This document shows positions 1-10,309 of a stretch of 64,000 nucleotides of DNA, piece by piece. Under the pieces are notes generated by a model. That model was given only the letters and a program-made list of their open reading frames with translations, was not told where the DNA came from and searched no databases. A program made the translations under genes and the position numbers. Source of the stretch: Patescibacteria group bacterium. Lineage in GTDB: Bacteria; Patescibacteriota; Minisyncoccia; Phycocordibacterales; UBA918. The stretch is from the NCBI GenBank assembly GCA_039188945.1, contig JBCCYW010000002.1:26449-90448 (forward strand), in the 5' to 3' direction. How positions within the stretch are numbered: the stretch's first letter is position 1; each line of letters starts with the position of its first letter.

Positions 1-387
1 AGCATCCACAAATCCTCTAATGATAAACCTGCTATCTAGTTCTCCTGGGATACCAATCTCAGAATCACCAGCATCAAAAATACCATCGTTATTGTTATCG
101 CGAAAAATTCGGTACGTTCGATTATTGCCAGCGCTCGAATCAAAATGAATCCCAAACTGGTCTTCAAAATCACCAGCATCTCCTTGAGCGGCAACCGCAA
201 ACAGCTGTGCTTGCCTGATTGAAAGTGCTACTTCAAGCGCCTGATTTTTCAGGAGCACTGCACTATTAAACGAACTATAGCGGGCTACAACCACGCCACT
301 GATAATGAGCATGAGACCGATCGTCACCAGCAATTCCGTGATGGTAAATCCAAACGATGGTATGTTGTGTTTTCTAACCAAGAACAT
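1..387 (-). CDS. Minor pilin / prepilin N-terminal methylation domain protein (runs off window start)
   Basis: Manual translation from ATG at 387: MFLVRKHNIPSFGFTITELLVTIGLMLIISGVVV... with a G|FTxxE class III signal; overlaps the pilD stop. Confidence 0.85.
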   Translation of the reverse strand, partial: MFLVRKHNIPSFGFTITELLVTIGLMLIISGVVVARYSSFNSAVLLKNQALEVALSIRQAQLFAVAAQGDAGDFEDQFGIHFDSSAGNNRTYRIFRDNNNDGIFDAGDSEIGIPGELDSRFIIRGFVDA

Positions 388-1195
388 ACGACATGAGTGC
401 TAACACATCTACAGACCATAGATATGCAGCCAAAAACCCAGCCGCTAGAAATGGTCCGAAGGGTACCTCACTTTTCATTGTAAGCGGTTGGCCAAAAAAC
501 CGTAAGGACGATTGTCCCCGTTGTACTACCAACAAACCAATACTAATGACCGCACCGATCACAAACGAGAGCACAACAAACGAATAGACCTGACCAAACC
601 CAACTAGCCACGCGAGCGGGAACACTAACTTTACATCGCCAAAACCAAGCCACTTCCCTCGTGATACATACCACAAAAAGCCAAAGAAAGCGGTAGCGGA
701 AACTGCAGCTAGTACGTTGTAGAGCGCTACACTAGTCGCACCAGTTTGGTACCACTGATAACCATTCGCCATAACAGCAAGTACAAGCAATCCGGCCACC
801 AACTGATTTGGAATAATAAAATGATTGATGTCGTAGACAACAATCACCACCAGCAAACACATCACCAAAGCTGCGATGACGTATTCAGCCAGTGAAGTGA
901 CGGCCAAGTAACTCGCCACAAACAATAGTCCAGTACCTACCTCAACCAAGACGTAGCGTGGAGAAATCATTGACCCGCAGCGGGCACACCGCCCCCGCAA
1001 TCCTATATATGAAACAACTGGAATAAGCTCGAACCACCGAAGCTGCTGACCACAGGAGAGACAGTGTGAACGACCAGCTAGTGAACGACCCGTGTTGAGT
1101 CGGTAGATAACCACATTAAGAAAACTACCGATAATACTACCTACAGCGAAGACAAGTATTACTTGATACCAAAATGGAACAAATTCTAACAGCAT
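374..1195 (-). CDS. pilD: Prepilin peptidase (A24)
   Basis: GSFLNVVIYR, two CxxC pairs, GFGDVKL and PFGPFL motifs. Confidence 0.95.
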   Translation of the reverse strand: MLLEFVPFWYQVILVFAVGSIIGSFLNVVIYRLNTGRSLAGRSHCLSCGQQLRWFELIPVVSYIGLRGRCARCGSMISPRYVLVEVGTGLLFVASYLAVTSLAEYVIAALVMCLLVVIVVYDINHFIIPNQLVAGLLVLAVMANGYQWYQTGATSVALYNVLAAVSATAFFGFLWYVSRGKWLGFGDVKLVFPLAWLVGFGQVYSFVVLSFVIGAVISIGLLVVQRGQSSLRFFGQPLTMKSEVPFGPFLAAGFLAAYLWSVDVLALMSYVLG

Positions 1196-1212
1196 TGCTT
1201 TAGTATACGTCG

Positions 1213-1629
1213 TTACTCACAAGCCAACGTGCCTGATGCTAACGGAGACGTTGTTGCAATCGCCTTACCCAAGCTATCAACACACCAGTGATCAGTGCCA
1301 AGAATCGGAGCAGACGCAGCGTAGGCATCAGGACTACTATTACAAATCACCGAAGAAGAAGCGATACGGTTAATCGACTCAATAATTGCGACGACCTGAG
1401 TGGCTTGCGTCTCTCCGTTAGAACCACATACGACGTCATAACTTAAGGCGATACTCTCCTCAATGGTGGCACGTTTTTGTAAGATGCTGAGCTCGCTAAT
1501 CACTTTCGCTTCAATTCCTCGTTCGCGCGCATCACCAAGCGACGACAGTACAACCGCAGCTAAAATACCGATGATAGCAATCGAAACCAAAAGCTCAATG
1601 AGCGTAAAACCACGACCTGGTCGTTTCAT
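1213..1629 (-). CDS. Type IV pilin-like protein
   Basis: GFTLIELLV N-terminus, C-terminal WCVDS disulfide motif. Confidence 0.9.
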   Translation of the reverse strand: MKRPGRGFTLIELLVSIAIIGILAAVVLSSLGDARERGIEAKVISELSILQKRATIEESIALSYDVVCGSNGETQATQVVAIIESINRIASSSVICNSSPDAYAASAPILGTDHWCVDSLGKAIATTSPLASGTLACE

Positions 1630-1673
1630 GGAAATAATTATACCAGTCGATCTGGACGTGAGTTTTATTTACA

Positions 1674-1707
1674 AACAAAAAACACCTCGCTCGAGGTGTT
1701 TTTTGTT
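1674..1707. terminator. Intrinsic terminator hairpin downstream of the major pilin
   Basis: AACAAAAAACACCTCG-CT-CGAGGTGTTTTTTGTT inverted repeat. Confidence 0.75.
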
Positions 1708-1721
1708 AGACAACACGTGTC

Positions 1722-2210
1722 TTACGGACAAACAATGTCTCCCGCGGCGAGCGCTGAAGACGTTCCAGCCGCTCCGGTTGAGTCAACACACCAGTGTTGC
1801 ACCGTACCACCTGAATCTGGAATATTAAGCGGGGCGTGAATCACATACGCTGCATCAGTACTCTGACAGGTAACAGCGGTATCTGCGCCAGCCGTAGATG
1901 GCGTTCCATCGTTGTCAAAGGCAAGGCCGGTGGTTTCAGCACGATTATCTCGTGCTGCCTCCATGAGACTGACTACTGGGTTATCAGCAGCGTTCTGACA
2001 TACATTTGTGTATGAGAAGCCATTTGAGTTGTAGATCAACTCAGCCTGTGAACGAGCGTTACCAATTGACTGCTTAATTGAAGCGTCTTGGCCACCGTCA
2101 CGTGCATCGTTGAGTGACGCCAACACAACTGCCGCCAAGATACCGATGATGGCGATCACAACGAGGAGCTCGATGAGCGTAAAACCTCGCTTGAATGTTT
2201 CTTTCATCAT
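1722..2210 (-). CDS. pilA: Type IV pilin, probably the major pilin
   Basis: GFTLIELLVVIAIIGILAAVV and WCVDS; has its own promoter, hairpin leader and terminator. Confidence 0.85.
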   Translation of the reverse strand: MMKETFKRGFTLIELLVVIAIIGILAAVVLASLNDARDGGQDASIKQSIGNARSQAELIYNSNGFSYTNVCQNAADNPVVSLMEAARDNRAETTGLAFDNDGTPSTAGADTAVTCQSTDAAYVIHAPLNIPDSGGTVQHWCVDSTGAAGTSSALAAGDIVCP

Positions 2211-2309
2211 AATGAAATTACGTAATTAATGATTAGTTTCGATCTTGCTTGAGTTACCAGCTGAATAGCTCAAGTGAGATCAAGCTCCACGAAGTCGTGG
2301 TTACTACTT

Positions 2310-2353
2310 ATTATACGGCGCGTCAGCGATATAAGGGAGCCTGATGTGGACAA
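2310..2353 (-). promoter_or_regulatory. Pilin promoter: DnaA-box-like TTGTCCACA, 29 nt, TATAAT
   Basis: TGTGGACAA at 2345-2353 and ATTATA at 2310-2315 on the + strand. Confidence 0.55.
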
Positions 2354-2355
2354 AC

Positions 2356-3573
2356 CTAGAAGGAGTTGGTGAGGTTATAAATTGGCATCAAGACTGAAGC
2401 CAGCAACACACCAACCCCCAGACCGAGTAATACAATCATCATCGGTTCAATCAGCCCAATCATGGTATCAACCTGATTATTGACCTCCCGACGATAGAAG
2501 AGTGAGAGGGTTTTGAGGATTTCTGGCAAGCTTCCCGTTTCTTCACCCACCTTCGCCATTTGCGAAAGAACTCCTGGAATCTCCGGGTATTCAGAAATTG
2601 AATCAGCAAACGACCGTCCACCCTTTACTTCAACCAAGGCGTTTTCCAGAATCTCGCGATACACTTCGTTATCAACCACATCAGCGGTGACCTCAATCGC
2701 TTGCACAATAGAAATACCGCTATCGATCATGGTAGCGAGGTTGTCACAAATTCTGGTGAGATAGAGCTTTTTATTCAAATCGCCAACAACCGGGATGGCC
2801 AACAGCAGTTCATCAAAGGTGCGCTTCCCTACCGCTGTCTTCTTAAATTGCCACAAACCAATGCCTCCAGCCGCTCCCAATAACAGCAAAATGCCAATGT
2901 AATCAACCATGAAATTAGAAATACCAATCACGATTTTGGTGTAAATCGGTAGCTCTTGGCCAGAGTCAGTAAGGATTTTGGCGATCCGTGGAATCACGAG
3001 GGTTAACATCAGCCCCATGACAACAATAAACACAGTAATCACAAAGGCAGGGTACGTCAGAGCATTACGCGCTTTTGACACCACTTCGTAGGTGCGGTCG
3101 AGATAGTCAGCTAGATAACTAAATGACTTTTCAAGAGAACCTGACTCCTCACCAGCTCGCACTAAGTTAACGTAAAATGGCGAAAAGACATCCGGGTGTG
3201 ACTCAAGCGCTCGGGAGATCGGACTACCCGCCTGCAGGTCCTCCACAATCGCATCCATCACTCGTTGCAACTGCGGATTATCAACCTCTGACGCCAGAAG
3301 ACGGAAAATACGCAGCGGCGATACATGAGCTTCAAAGAGGGTTGAGATTTGTCGCGAGAGAATGACAATATCTTTAGTGGAAATACTTTGGAAAAAATTG
3401 AACTCAATATCACCTAAGTTATTGAGTGAAAAGCCAGTTGTCTGTTCTTCAACCGAAACGACGGTGTAACCGCGCTCCTGCACAGCACTAATCGCTGCAT
3501 CAACGCTGGTAGCTTCAACAGTACCTTCTCGTTCAATATTACTTTGATCAACCGCCGTATATCTGAATAACAT
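2356..3573 (-). CDS. pilC: Type IV pilus platform protein (T2SS F family)
   Basis: Two GspF repeats: AGEESGSL, ALTYP, VGEETGSL, LIEP. Confidence 0.95.
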   Translation of the reverse strand: MLFRYTAVDQSNIEREGTVEATSVDAAISAVQERGYTVVSVEEQTTGFSLNNLGDIEFNFFQSISTKDIVILSRQISTLFEAHVSPLRIFRLLASEVDNPQLQRVMDAIVEDLQAGSPISRALESHPDVFSPFYVNLVRAGEESGSLEKSFSYLADYLDRTYEVVSKARNALTYPAFVITVFIVVMGLMLTLVIPRIAKILTDSGQELPIYTKIVIGISNFMVDYIGILLLLGAAGGIGLWQFKKTAVGKRTFDELLLAIPVVGDLNKKLYLTRICDNLATMIDSGISIVQAIEVTADVVDNEVYREILENALVEVKGGRSFADSISEYPEIPGVLSQMAKVGEETGSLPEILKTLSLFYRREVNNQVDTMIGLIEPMMIVLLGLGVGVLLASVLMPIYNLTNSF

Positions 3574-3581
3574 AGGTGTAT

Positions 3582-4649
3582 TTAAATAAGGCGCTCAAGT
3601 CCTTTTGGATTAACGGCATGCGCAAACGCGTCTTCAACGGTAATAGCGCCTCGCTTTACTAAGTCAGCAAGCGAGCGATTCATGTCGATCATTCCCTGCT
3701 CCAGACCAGTTTCGACCACTGCATCAATTTCATGAATTCTCCCTTCTCGAATGAGATTAGCAACTGCACTATTGTTAACCAAAAGTTCGTACGACGGCAC
3801 CAAGCCACCATTAGCAGCTGGGATTAACCGTTGTGAGAAAATACCGATTAACGACCCGGCTAACTGGGCTCTGATTTGTGACTGCTGCGCACCGGGAAAA
3901 CTGTCAATAATACGGTTGATAGTTTGTCCAGCGTTATTGGTGTGAAGGGTTGAAAATACTAAGTGTCCTGTTTCGGCTGCGGTAACGGCTGTTCCAATGG
4001 TCTCAGCATCACGCATCTCACCGATCAAAATGACATCCACGTCTTGGCGAAACGCTGCGTTAAGCGCATCTTTAAATGAGGGGGTATCGGTACCCACCTC
4101 ACGCTGATCGATAAGCGAGAGCTTGTCTTCATACACATACTCAATTGGATCTTCAATCGTCACGATATGCTCAGCTCGCGATTCATTAATACGATTAATC
4201 ATCGCTGCAAGAGTAGTTGACTTTCCTTGTCCAACCGGACCAACACATAAGAAAAATCCTTGCGGTCGCTGCGTGAATGATTCGAGAATTGGTGGCAAAC
4301 TTAGCTCCTTGAAGGTTCTGATGGTACTTGGAATAAACCGCAGCGCGATAGACATATTGCCACGCTGCCAAAATCCGTTACCACGGAAGCGGGCGCCATC
4401 TTTGTTTTCGAATGAAAAGTCGACTTCGTGTTTTTCATGAAAGCGATCGAAAAATGGCTTTTGCATAAGCACTTTCGCAAACCCATCAACATCGTCGTTG
4501 GTTAACACTGGCTTAGCTTCAAGTGGCGCTAGGGTGTTGGTCTTACGCACCATCGGATGAGCGCCTACCGAAAAATGCAAATCAGAAGCTCCTTCACTAA
4601 GGACATGCGCTACCAACTGTTCTAGTTCTTTTTTATAATCAGCCGCCAT
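3582..4649 (-). CDS. pilT: Pilus retraction ATPase
   Basis: GPVGQGKST, TIEDPIE, IGEMRD, AETGHLVFSTLH. Confidence 0.95.
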   Translation of the reverse strand: MAADYKKELEQLVAHVLSEGASDLHFSVGAHPMVRKTNTLAPLEAKPVLTNDDVDGFAKVLMQKPFFDRFHEKHEVDFSFENKDGARFRGNGFWQRGNMSIALRFIPSTIRTFKELSLPPILESFTQRPQGFFLCVGPVGQGKSTTLAAMINRINESRAEHIVTIEDPIEYVYEDKLSLIDQREVGTDTPSFKDALNAAFRQDVDVILIGEMRDAETIGTAVTAAETGHLVFSTLHTNNAGQTINRIIDSFPGAQQSQIRAQLAGSLIGIFSQRLIPAANGGLVPSYELLVNNSAVANLIREGRIHEIDAVVETGLEQGMIDMNRSLADLVKRGAITVEDAFAHAVNPKGLERLI

Positions 4650-4651
4650 AC

Positions 4652-5017
4652 CTATTTCGCTAATTCAATAACCTTATCAACGACCTCGCTAGGAATTGAT
4701 TCTGCTTTAACAATATAGCCAATTGCTCCCGCTTCCATTGCGCTATCGATGTCTGATTGTTCTCCTTGGTTTGAGAGCACAATACATTTTGGAGCTTTCG
4801 CCTTCTTATCTGCCTTGAGTTCATTGATGAGATCAATCCCCGACAAGCCCGGCATAACCATATCCATTAATACAACTTCAAATGGACCGTTACTCTCATA
4901 TTCAACCAACGCTTCTGCGCCACTTTGAGCAGTCATCACGGTGTGGCCAGCTTCGGCAAATTTTGTTGCGTACATATCACGCAAGAACGAATCGTCATCG
5001 ACGAGCAAGATCTTCAT
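4652..5017 (-). CDS. Single-domain response regulator (CheY-like receiver)
   Basis: ILLVDDD, LMDMVMP, LSN, YIVK receiver motifs. Confidence 0.92.
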   Translation of the reverse strand: MKILLVDDDSFLRDMYATKFAEAGHTVMTAQSGAEALVEYESNGPFEVVLMDMVMPGLSGIDLINELKADKKAKAPKCIVLSNQGEQSDIDSAMEAGAIGYIVKAESIPSEVVDKVIELAK

Positions 5018-5025
5018 TAAAAATA

Positions 5026-6831
5026 TTATACGTCACTTAGAGGAGAAGTTTCAGTTTGGTTATCGACAGGAGCAGTTACGTCGTCGGTCACATTTTCTAA
5101 ACCGACTTTTGTACCAAATGCATTCATTTCTTCGTAGGGAATCTTATGTTCGAGTGCTTTGATAATTGCATCTTCTTTCATCGTCATAAACCCATTCTCG
5201 CGAGCACTAAGAAAAATATCTTCTTCAGCGGCATTAGACAAAATCATTTCTTGAATCCGCTCATCAATCTCCAGCACTTCCATGATGGCGATACGCCCCT
5301 TCAAACCAGTCGCACACTGTGGTGAAGGTTCTGGGTGCATGATGGTATCAGCCTTAGGGATCGCACCCTTGAATTTGTCTGGCAAGGTACTAAATTCCTT
5401 TTGCATCATGACTTCAATAGCTTTATTAATTTTTTCTTCTCGTCCAGTGCCTTCACATAGTCGTTTCGCCAAGCGCTGTGCAATTGCCAATTTTAGTGTC
5501 GGCGCAATCAAATATGGGTCTACTCCCATATCAATGAGTCGCGGGATAACGCCAATCGAGTTGTTGGTGTGAATGGTAGAAAGCACCAAGTGACCGGTCA
5601 GTGCAGCCTGAATCGCCAATTGCGCAGTTTCTTTATCTCGGATCTCACCAACCATGATAATGTCAGGGTCCTGACGCAACGCAGCTCGCAAGCCGTGGGC
5701 AAAGGTGTAGCCAATTTCAGGACGTACCTGCGATTGACTCACGCCATCGATGTTATATTCCACCGGATCTTCAAGCGACAGCACATTTTTGGTAGCGCGG
5801 TCTACTTCTGACAGCATGGCGTAGAGCGTTGTTGACTTACCAGATCCAGTTGGACCAGAAATCAGCATGATGCCGTACGGCTCTTTAATCATTCGGCGAA
5901 TCACCTCGAGATGGTGTCCACCAATACCGGTGTCTTCAAGGGTCGTAACACCTTTTTCGTTATCTAAAATACGCATTACGACCTTTTCGCCGTGATTAGT
6001 TGGCAATACTGAGACACGGAAATCAATCTTACGCTCATCAAACGTAGCGGAGAAGCGACCGTCTTGAGGCTTGCGTCGTTCGTCCAAGCGCATAGAAGAC
6101 AAGATCTTAATGCGAGCCACCACAGCAGAGTGTGTCTTCTTCGGCAGTTCAAGACTGGTTGCCAGTGAACCATCAACTCGAAATCGTACTTTAATTTTTC
6201 CACCGGTTGGCTCAACGTGGATATCAGACGCTCCACCATCTACTGCGTATCGCAAAATAGTGGCCACGATCCGAGTGACGGGCGCGTCTTCTTTAATATG
6301 ATCAAGGTCTTCTTTTGGGAGATCTTTCTCCTCTTCTGCCCGGCGGGCGATTTCTGCATCAAGATCATTTTCTAGAGTAGTGAGTGCTTCACCAACTTCT
6401 CCACTGAGGTTTTCATAAAATGTGTGAGCGGCTTCGATATCACTATCGAGCATGAAGTGCAACTTGTACGGCAAATTATGCTTGGTACTAATATAGTTGA
6501 GCACTTCTCGGACTTGTAGATCGTCTGGATTATTACTCCCCACCAACAGCACATCATCCTCAATTTTCAGTGGCACAACCCGATAATGGCGAGCCGACTC
6601 TTCAGGAATGTACCCCAGCACACCTTCGGCCAAGCGCACACCTTCGGGTAACTCATAACTTGGCACCTGATAGTATTCAGCAATTTGTTCGCGCACAACA
6701 GATTTCTCAAGACCCATGTCGAGAAGCGCCTGCTCCTCGCTAATGCCCGCATTAGTGATGGCCGCCCTGACCTCCTCCGCCTGGGCTTCACTGATGACTT
6801 CATGTTCAATTAAGAAACTGAGTCGATCCAT
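5026..6831 (-). CDS. pilB: Pilus assembly ATPase (GspE/PilB)
   Basis: SDIHVEP, PQDGRF, GPTGSGKSTT, LRQDPDIIMVGEIRD. Confidence 0.95.
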   Translation of the reverse strand: MDRLSFLIEHEVISEAQAEEVRAAITNAGISEEQALLDMGLEKSVVREQIAEYYQVPSYELPEGVRLAEGVLGYIPEESARHYRVVPLKIEDDVLLVGSNNPDDLQVREVLNYISTKHNLPYKLHFMLDSDIEAAHTFYENLSGEVGEALTTLENDLDAEIARRAEEEKDLPKEDLDHIKEDAPVTRIVATILRYAVDGGASDIHVEPTGGKIKVRFRVDGSLATSLELPKKTHSAVVARIKILSSMRLDERRKPQDGRFSATFDERKIDFRVSVLPTNHGEKVVMRILDNEKGVTTLEDTGIGGHHLEVIRRMIKEPYGIMLISGPTGSGKSTTLYAMLSEVDRATKNVLSLEDPVEYNIDGVSQSQVRPEIGYTFAHGLRAALRQDPDIIMVGEIRDKETAQLAIQAALTGHLVLSTIHTNNSIGVIPRLIDMGVDPYLIAPTLKLAIAQRLAKRLCEGTGREEKINKAIEVMMQKEFSTLPDKFKGAIPKADTIMHPEPSPQCATGLKGRIAIMEVLEIDERIQEMILSNAAEEDIFLSARENGFMTMKEDAIIKALEHKIPYEEMNAFGTKVGLENVTDDVTAPVDNQTETSPLSDV

Positions 6832-6838
6832 AGTACCG

Positions 6839-7168
6839 TTAATTAGTTGAGATTGGAGTCACGACTCCAGAAACTGGCTGAAAAGGGTTGTCTCGACCAA
6901 TTGGTAATGTCGGCACGGGACGATCAAATGACAGCAAGCTCTCAAAGCGGGCATCTGTAAATAAATCAAGTTGTAAATCGATTTGCCGTAATTCGTTTTG
7001 TCGTGCAATGAAAGTTTGAGCATCTCGCTCCAACTGTAGAGTGAGCTGCTCGTTGGTCGTGTCAAGCAAGAGTTCACCCTGCTGCAGGTAGAGATAGTAA
7101 CCAACTCCTGCTATGAGTAAGAAGCCGACGATGACAACTGCATTTTGAATGATGTTTCCCATATGCAT
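6839..7168 (-). CDS. Small membrane-anchored pilus cluster protein (PilP-like position)
   Basis: N-terminal TM segment and C-terminal GRDNPF motif; start trimmed to the Met after the pilO stop. Confidence 0.65.
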   Translation of the reverse strand: MHMGNIIQNAVVIVGFLLIAGVGYYLYLQQGELLLDTTNEQLTLQLERDAQTFIARQNELRQIDLQLDLFTDARFESLLSFDRPVPTLPIGRDNPFQPVSGVVTPISTN

Positions 7169-7169
7169 A

Positions 7170-7784
7170 TTACAATCTTCCCTGAGCCGGGTTATCTTCT
7201 GGCACGAGCCTTGAGTACGTCTCAACGACCAGATTCATTTTCATTGTATCAGTCCCCAATGACACCCCCTCTTCTCCCGCTTCAGCAGGTGCTGCATTGA
7301 GTGCATACACGTGCAACGGATAATCATTCTGTTCAAGATTCAGCAAAAACTGCTTGATGCTTTCATAGGTACCAGTGACTTCAACATCAAACCGATATGA
7401 CGTGAATGAATCAGGCAATGCATTGACCACATTACTAGTACTTGAGTCACCTTCTGTTACATCGCCAACCGAGAGTCCTTCGAGGATAACATTACTCTCT
7501 TGGGCAATTGTGTCGATATCCCGCAATACCCTGAGCTGATCGACGGTGTCTGGCATAAAGCGGATCAATGATAATCGATCGTCTGCTGAGACAGCGCTCA
7601 CTTGAGCAACCAGATCAGCCAAGAGCGTATTTACTTCAGCAACTTGTGCGGTAGCTCGATCAAGCTCTGCTATGTCGTCTTGCACCTGTCTGATCTCAGC
7701 AAAGGTCGGCATGACATACGTGAAGCCAATCACGACAGCGATGATAGCGATAGCAATTTGCACAAATACGTTATAGTGCATCAT
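7170..7784 (-). CDS. pilO: PilO-like pilus alignment protein
   Basis: TM plus coiled coil plus VTGTYESIKQFL motif; operon position. Confidence 0.75.
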   Translation of the reverse strand: MMHYNVFVQIAIAIIAVVIGFTYVMPTFAEIRQVQDDIAELDRATAQVAEVNTLLADLVAQVSAVSADDRLSLIRFMPDTVDQLRVLRDIDTIAQESNVILEGLSVGDVTEGDSSTSNVVNALPDSFTSYRFDVEVTGTYESIKQFLLNLEQNDYPLHVYALNAAPAEAGEEGVSLGTDTMKMNLVVETYSRLVPEDNPAQGRL

Positions 7785-8509
7785 ACGTCAGTTGGGTTAT
7801 CGACTACTTCTGGCAATTCACTTTCCTCTTCAACCACACCATCAGCTTCTACGGGAACCTCCTCGACCGGGACGACAACATCGTTTTGTTCACTAAATGT
7901 ATCAGCAATATATGCGATTGCTTGACTATCAAGATTAAGTGATACCACTGCCTCAATTACCTCTTCGCCGGTGTTCAACGTATCAGTTTCATCAGTTTCA
8001 GTCTTACGAGCGACATTACCAACAAACTGAGCAACAAAGGCATCTTCATCGATAAACGTATCTCGCTGGAAAATAGTTGAATTGTACGTGTCTGTAACGA
8101 CTGACGCCGTAACATTAATCTCTTCATCACCATCTCTCGTCACCTGAATATCCTTAATCTCAACCGACGCGACAACCGCCTCTTCAAGTAGTCTAAAGAT
8201 CTGACTGGTCGCTAAGTGATTATCCATCCGGTCACCCGCAAAGTTCAACCGGTGCTCAAATTCTTTCACCATCTCGAGATCGCTCTGACTAAAACTATCA
8301 ATCAAGGTTGAAAGGCTCTTTTGTTTCTCTACCAACGACGCTTGGAGTTGTAGTTTGTAGATAAATACCCCAGCCGCTGAGAGAACGGCAGCAAAAATAA
8401 GTACGTATGCAACATACGAAAAGACATACACTCGACTAACATTTTTTTTACGCGAGCGTTTAACTGGGTTTCGAGTAGGAATAAATGAAGCACCTGGACC
8501 ATCCGCCAT
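7781..8509 (-). CDS. PilN-like pilus alignment protein
   Basis: SFIP N-terminus, TM, coiled coil; lies between pilM and pilO. Confidence 0.65.
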   Translation of the reverse strand: MADGPGASFIPTRNPVKRSRKKNVSRVYVFSYVAYVLIFAAVLSAAGVFIYKLQLQASLVEKQKSLSTLIDSFSQSDLEMVKEFEHRLNFAGDRMDNHLATSQIFRLLEEAVVASVEIKDIQVTRDGDEEINVTASVVTDTYNSTIFQRDTFIDEDAFVAQFVGNVARKTETDETDTLNTGEEVIEAVVSLNLDSQAIAYIADTFSEQNDVVVPVEEVPVEADGVVEEESELPEVVDNPTDV

Positions 8510-8563
8510 CTACTTATTATATGTCTATTGCTCTAGATTTTTGTCCATTGGTGTGGACACATC

Positions 8564-9640
8564 TTATTCAAAGTTACGTAATGCCGCACCAAGTGCCGTT
8601 GTAAAACTTGGCCCAATAGTAGTAATCAGGTCTTCCATAAAGGCTGGATAGGCAACCTTAGCAAAGGGGTTAGCGATCTCAATGTCTCGCTGGAGCGTAT
8701 CAGTGATCATGCCAGGCAGTCCAACAAACTGCACAGGGCCACCAATCACAACCACCCGCTTGATAGTCGTCCCTTCCAGAGACTCATACTCCTCAATCAC
8801 TCGCCGGAACTCACCCAGCGCCCGCTCAAAACAAGATTCGTGTACTTTTGCGATATCCCGGTAGTGCTCATCTCCCTTATGCACCCCACGTTTTCGCAGC
8901 TCAGCGTCCTGAAACGAAATATCGTGAGCTTTAGCTAACCGATTTGTGCACATCGCTCCACCAGCCCGCACTCGATGCATTCGGTGCAGCAAACCAGACT
9001 CAGCAATATAGAGCTTGCTTGAAGCAGCACCCAGATCGATCACAGCTGTTGTAGCATCATCAAAGTCCGTCACGCCGCGAATGGCACTGAAACATTCAAT
9101 TTCGGAGGGTTGGCTCGGCATATTAACGTGACGCATGAGCGTGCGTAATCGCTCAAGGCCCTCGTTCTGGATCGCTGCCAATAGCACCCGGCGCTCGTTA
9201 GTGTCCTCGGGATGCAGAGTGTCGATTTCAGCCCAGTCGAGGGTGACATCAGAAATTGGAACTGGGATGTACTTTCTCGCTTCAACCCGAATCCGTGATG
9301 AAATATCCTCATCAGGACGAGCCTTCATTTCCATCACCGTCACAAAGCTCGACGCCAAGGGCATAGCAAACACGGCCTGACGAGCTTTAACGGCCGACTC
9401 ACGAAGGACGTCCACTAAAGCCGTCTGTTCTTGCTTCGGCTGCAAGACAACTGTCTGACCCAGCTCCTTATCTGCGTAAGGGCCAATCTGAACTTCACCG
9501 TACGTAGTGAGGGTGACAACATCATTTCGATCCTCAAGCTCAACCAGTTTGATCGAGGAAGAACCAATATCGATACCAACCACCTTGCCTGAGGTCTTTG
9601 CTGGCTGTCTGAGATTAGAAAAAATGTCTAAGAGTGCCAT
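8564..9640 (-). CDS. pilM: Type IV pilus assembly protein PilM (actin-like)
   Basis: VGIDIGSSSIK, EARKYIP, IDLGA, ALGAALR. Confidence 0.95.
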   Translation of the reverse strand: MALLDIFSNLRQPAKTSGKVVGIDIGSSSIKLVELEDRNDVVTLTTYGEVQIGPYADKELGQTVVLQPKQEQTALVDVLRESAVKARQAVFAMPLASSFVTVMEMKARPDEDISSRIRVEARKYIPVPISDVTLDWAEIDTLHPEDTNERRVLLAAIQNEGLERLRTLMRHVNMPSQPSEIECFSAIRGVTDFDDATTAVIDLGAASSKLYIAESGLLHRMHRVRAGGAMCTNRLAKAHDISFQDAELRKRGVHKGDEHYRDIAKVHESCFERALGEFRRVIEEYESLEGTTIKRVVVIGGPVQFVGLPGMITDTLQRDIEIANPFAKVAYPAFMEDLITTIGPSFTTALGAALRNFE

Positions 9641-9687
9641 AGATACATCATAATCTTAGCATGAGTGTGCCGTATACTATCTGAAAT

Positions 9688-10278
9688 ATGTCTCGGTCGC
9701 TAAGAACTATCTTTGATCTCATGTTCCCTCCTCCCGCAGAGGTACTGTTATTGCGTGACGTGAGTGGAGAACGATTTATCGAGCGATACAACGAACAACG
9801 GTTTACAGATATTGTATATCTATCTACCTATCGCGACCCAATCATCCAGGCTGCCATTAAAGCCTGCAAGTTTCACCGCTCCGAACGAGCGGCCAAACTC
9901 CTTGGACTATTGTTTATGCAATGGCTCAACAAGCAATCTAAACATTATCTGATTGTACCGATTCCACTCTCAAACGAACGAAAGCGTGAGCGAGGCTATA
10001 ACCAAGTTGAGCGAATCCTTAAAACAACAGACGTGACGATGCATACATCCTTGCTGCAAAAAAGTATCCATACCCCACCGCAAACCTCATTGAGCAAAGC
10101 GGAACGAACCGAGAATCTGCATGGTTCGTTTTCGGTCACGACCAGCAGCAACATCAAAGGCCAGCACATACTATTGGTTGACGATGTTGTCACAACCGGC
10201 AGCACCTTTGCGGCGGCGCGAGCTGCGCTCGCGCCACACTCCCCCGCTTCCATCACCTGTCTCGCCCTGGCGCACTAA
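9688..10278 (+). CDS. comF: ComF-family phosphoribosyltransferase
   Basis: RERGYNQ and LLVDDVVTTGST motifs. Confidence 0.92.
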   Translation: MSRSLRTIFDLMFPPPAEVLLLRDVSGERFIERYNEQRFTDIVYLSTYRDPIIQAAIKACKFHRSERAAKLLGLLFMQWLNKQSKHYLIVPIPLSNERKRERGYNQVERILKTTDVTMHTSLLQKSIHTPPQTSLSKAERTENLHGSFSVTTSSNIKGQHILLVDDVVTTGSTFAAARAALAPHSPASITCLALAH

Positions 10279-10309
10279 TAATTATGAGCGAGCACTTTCT
10301 AGCGCTCGC

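Noticed and set aside
2345-2353. Replication origin suggested by DnaA-like boxes
   Set aside because: Boxes are single and dispersed, with no cluster, unwinding element or dnaA nearby
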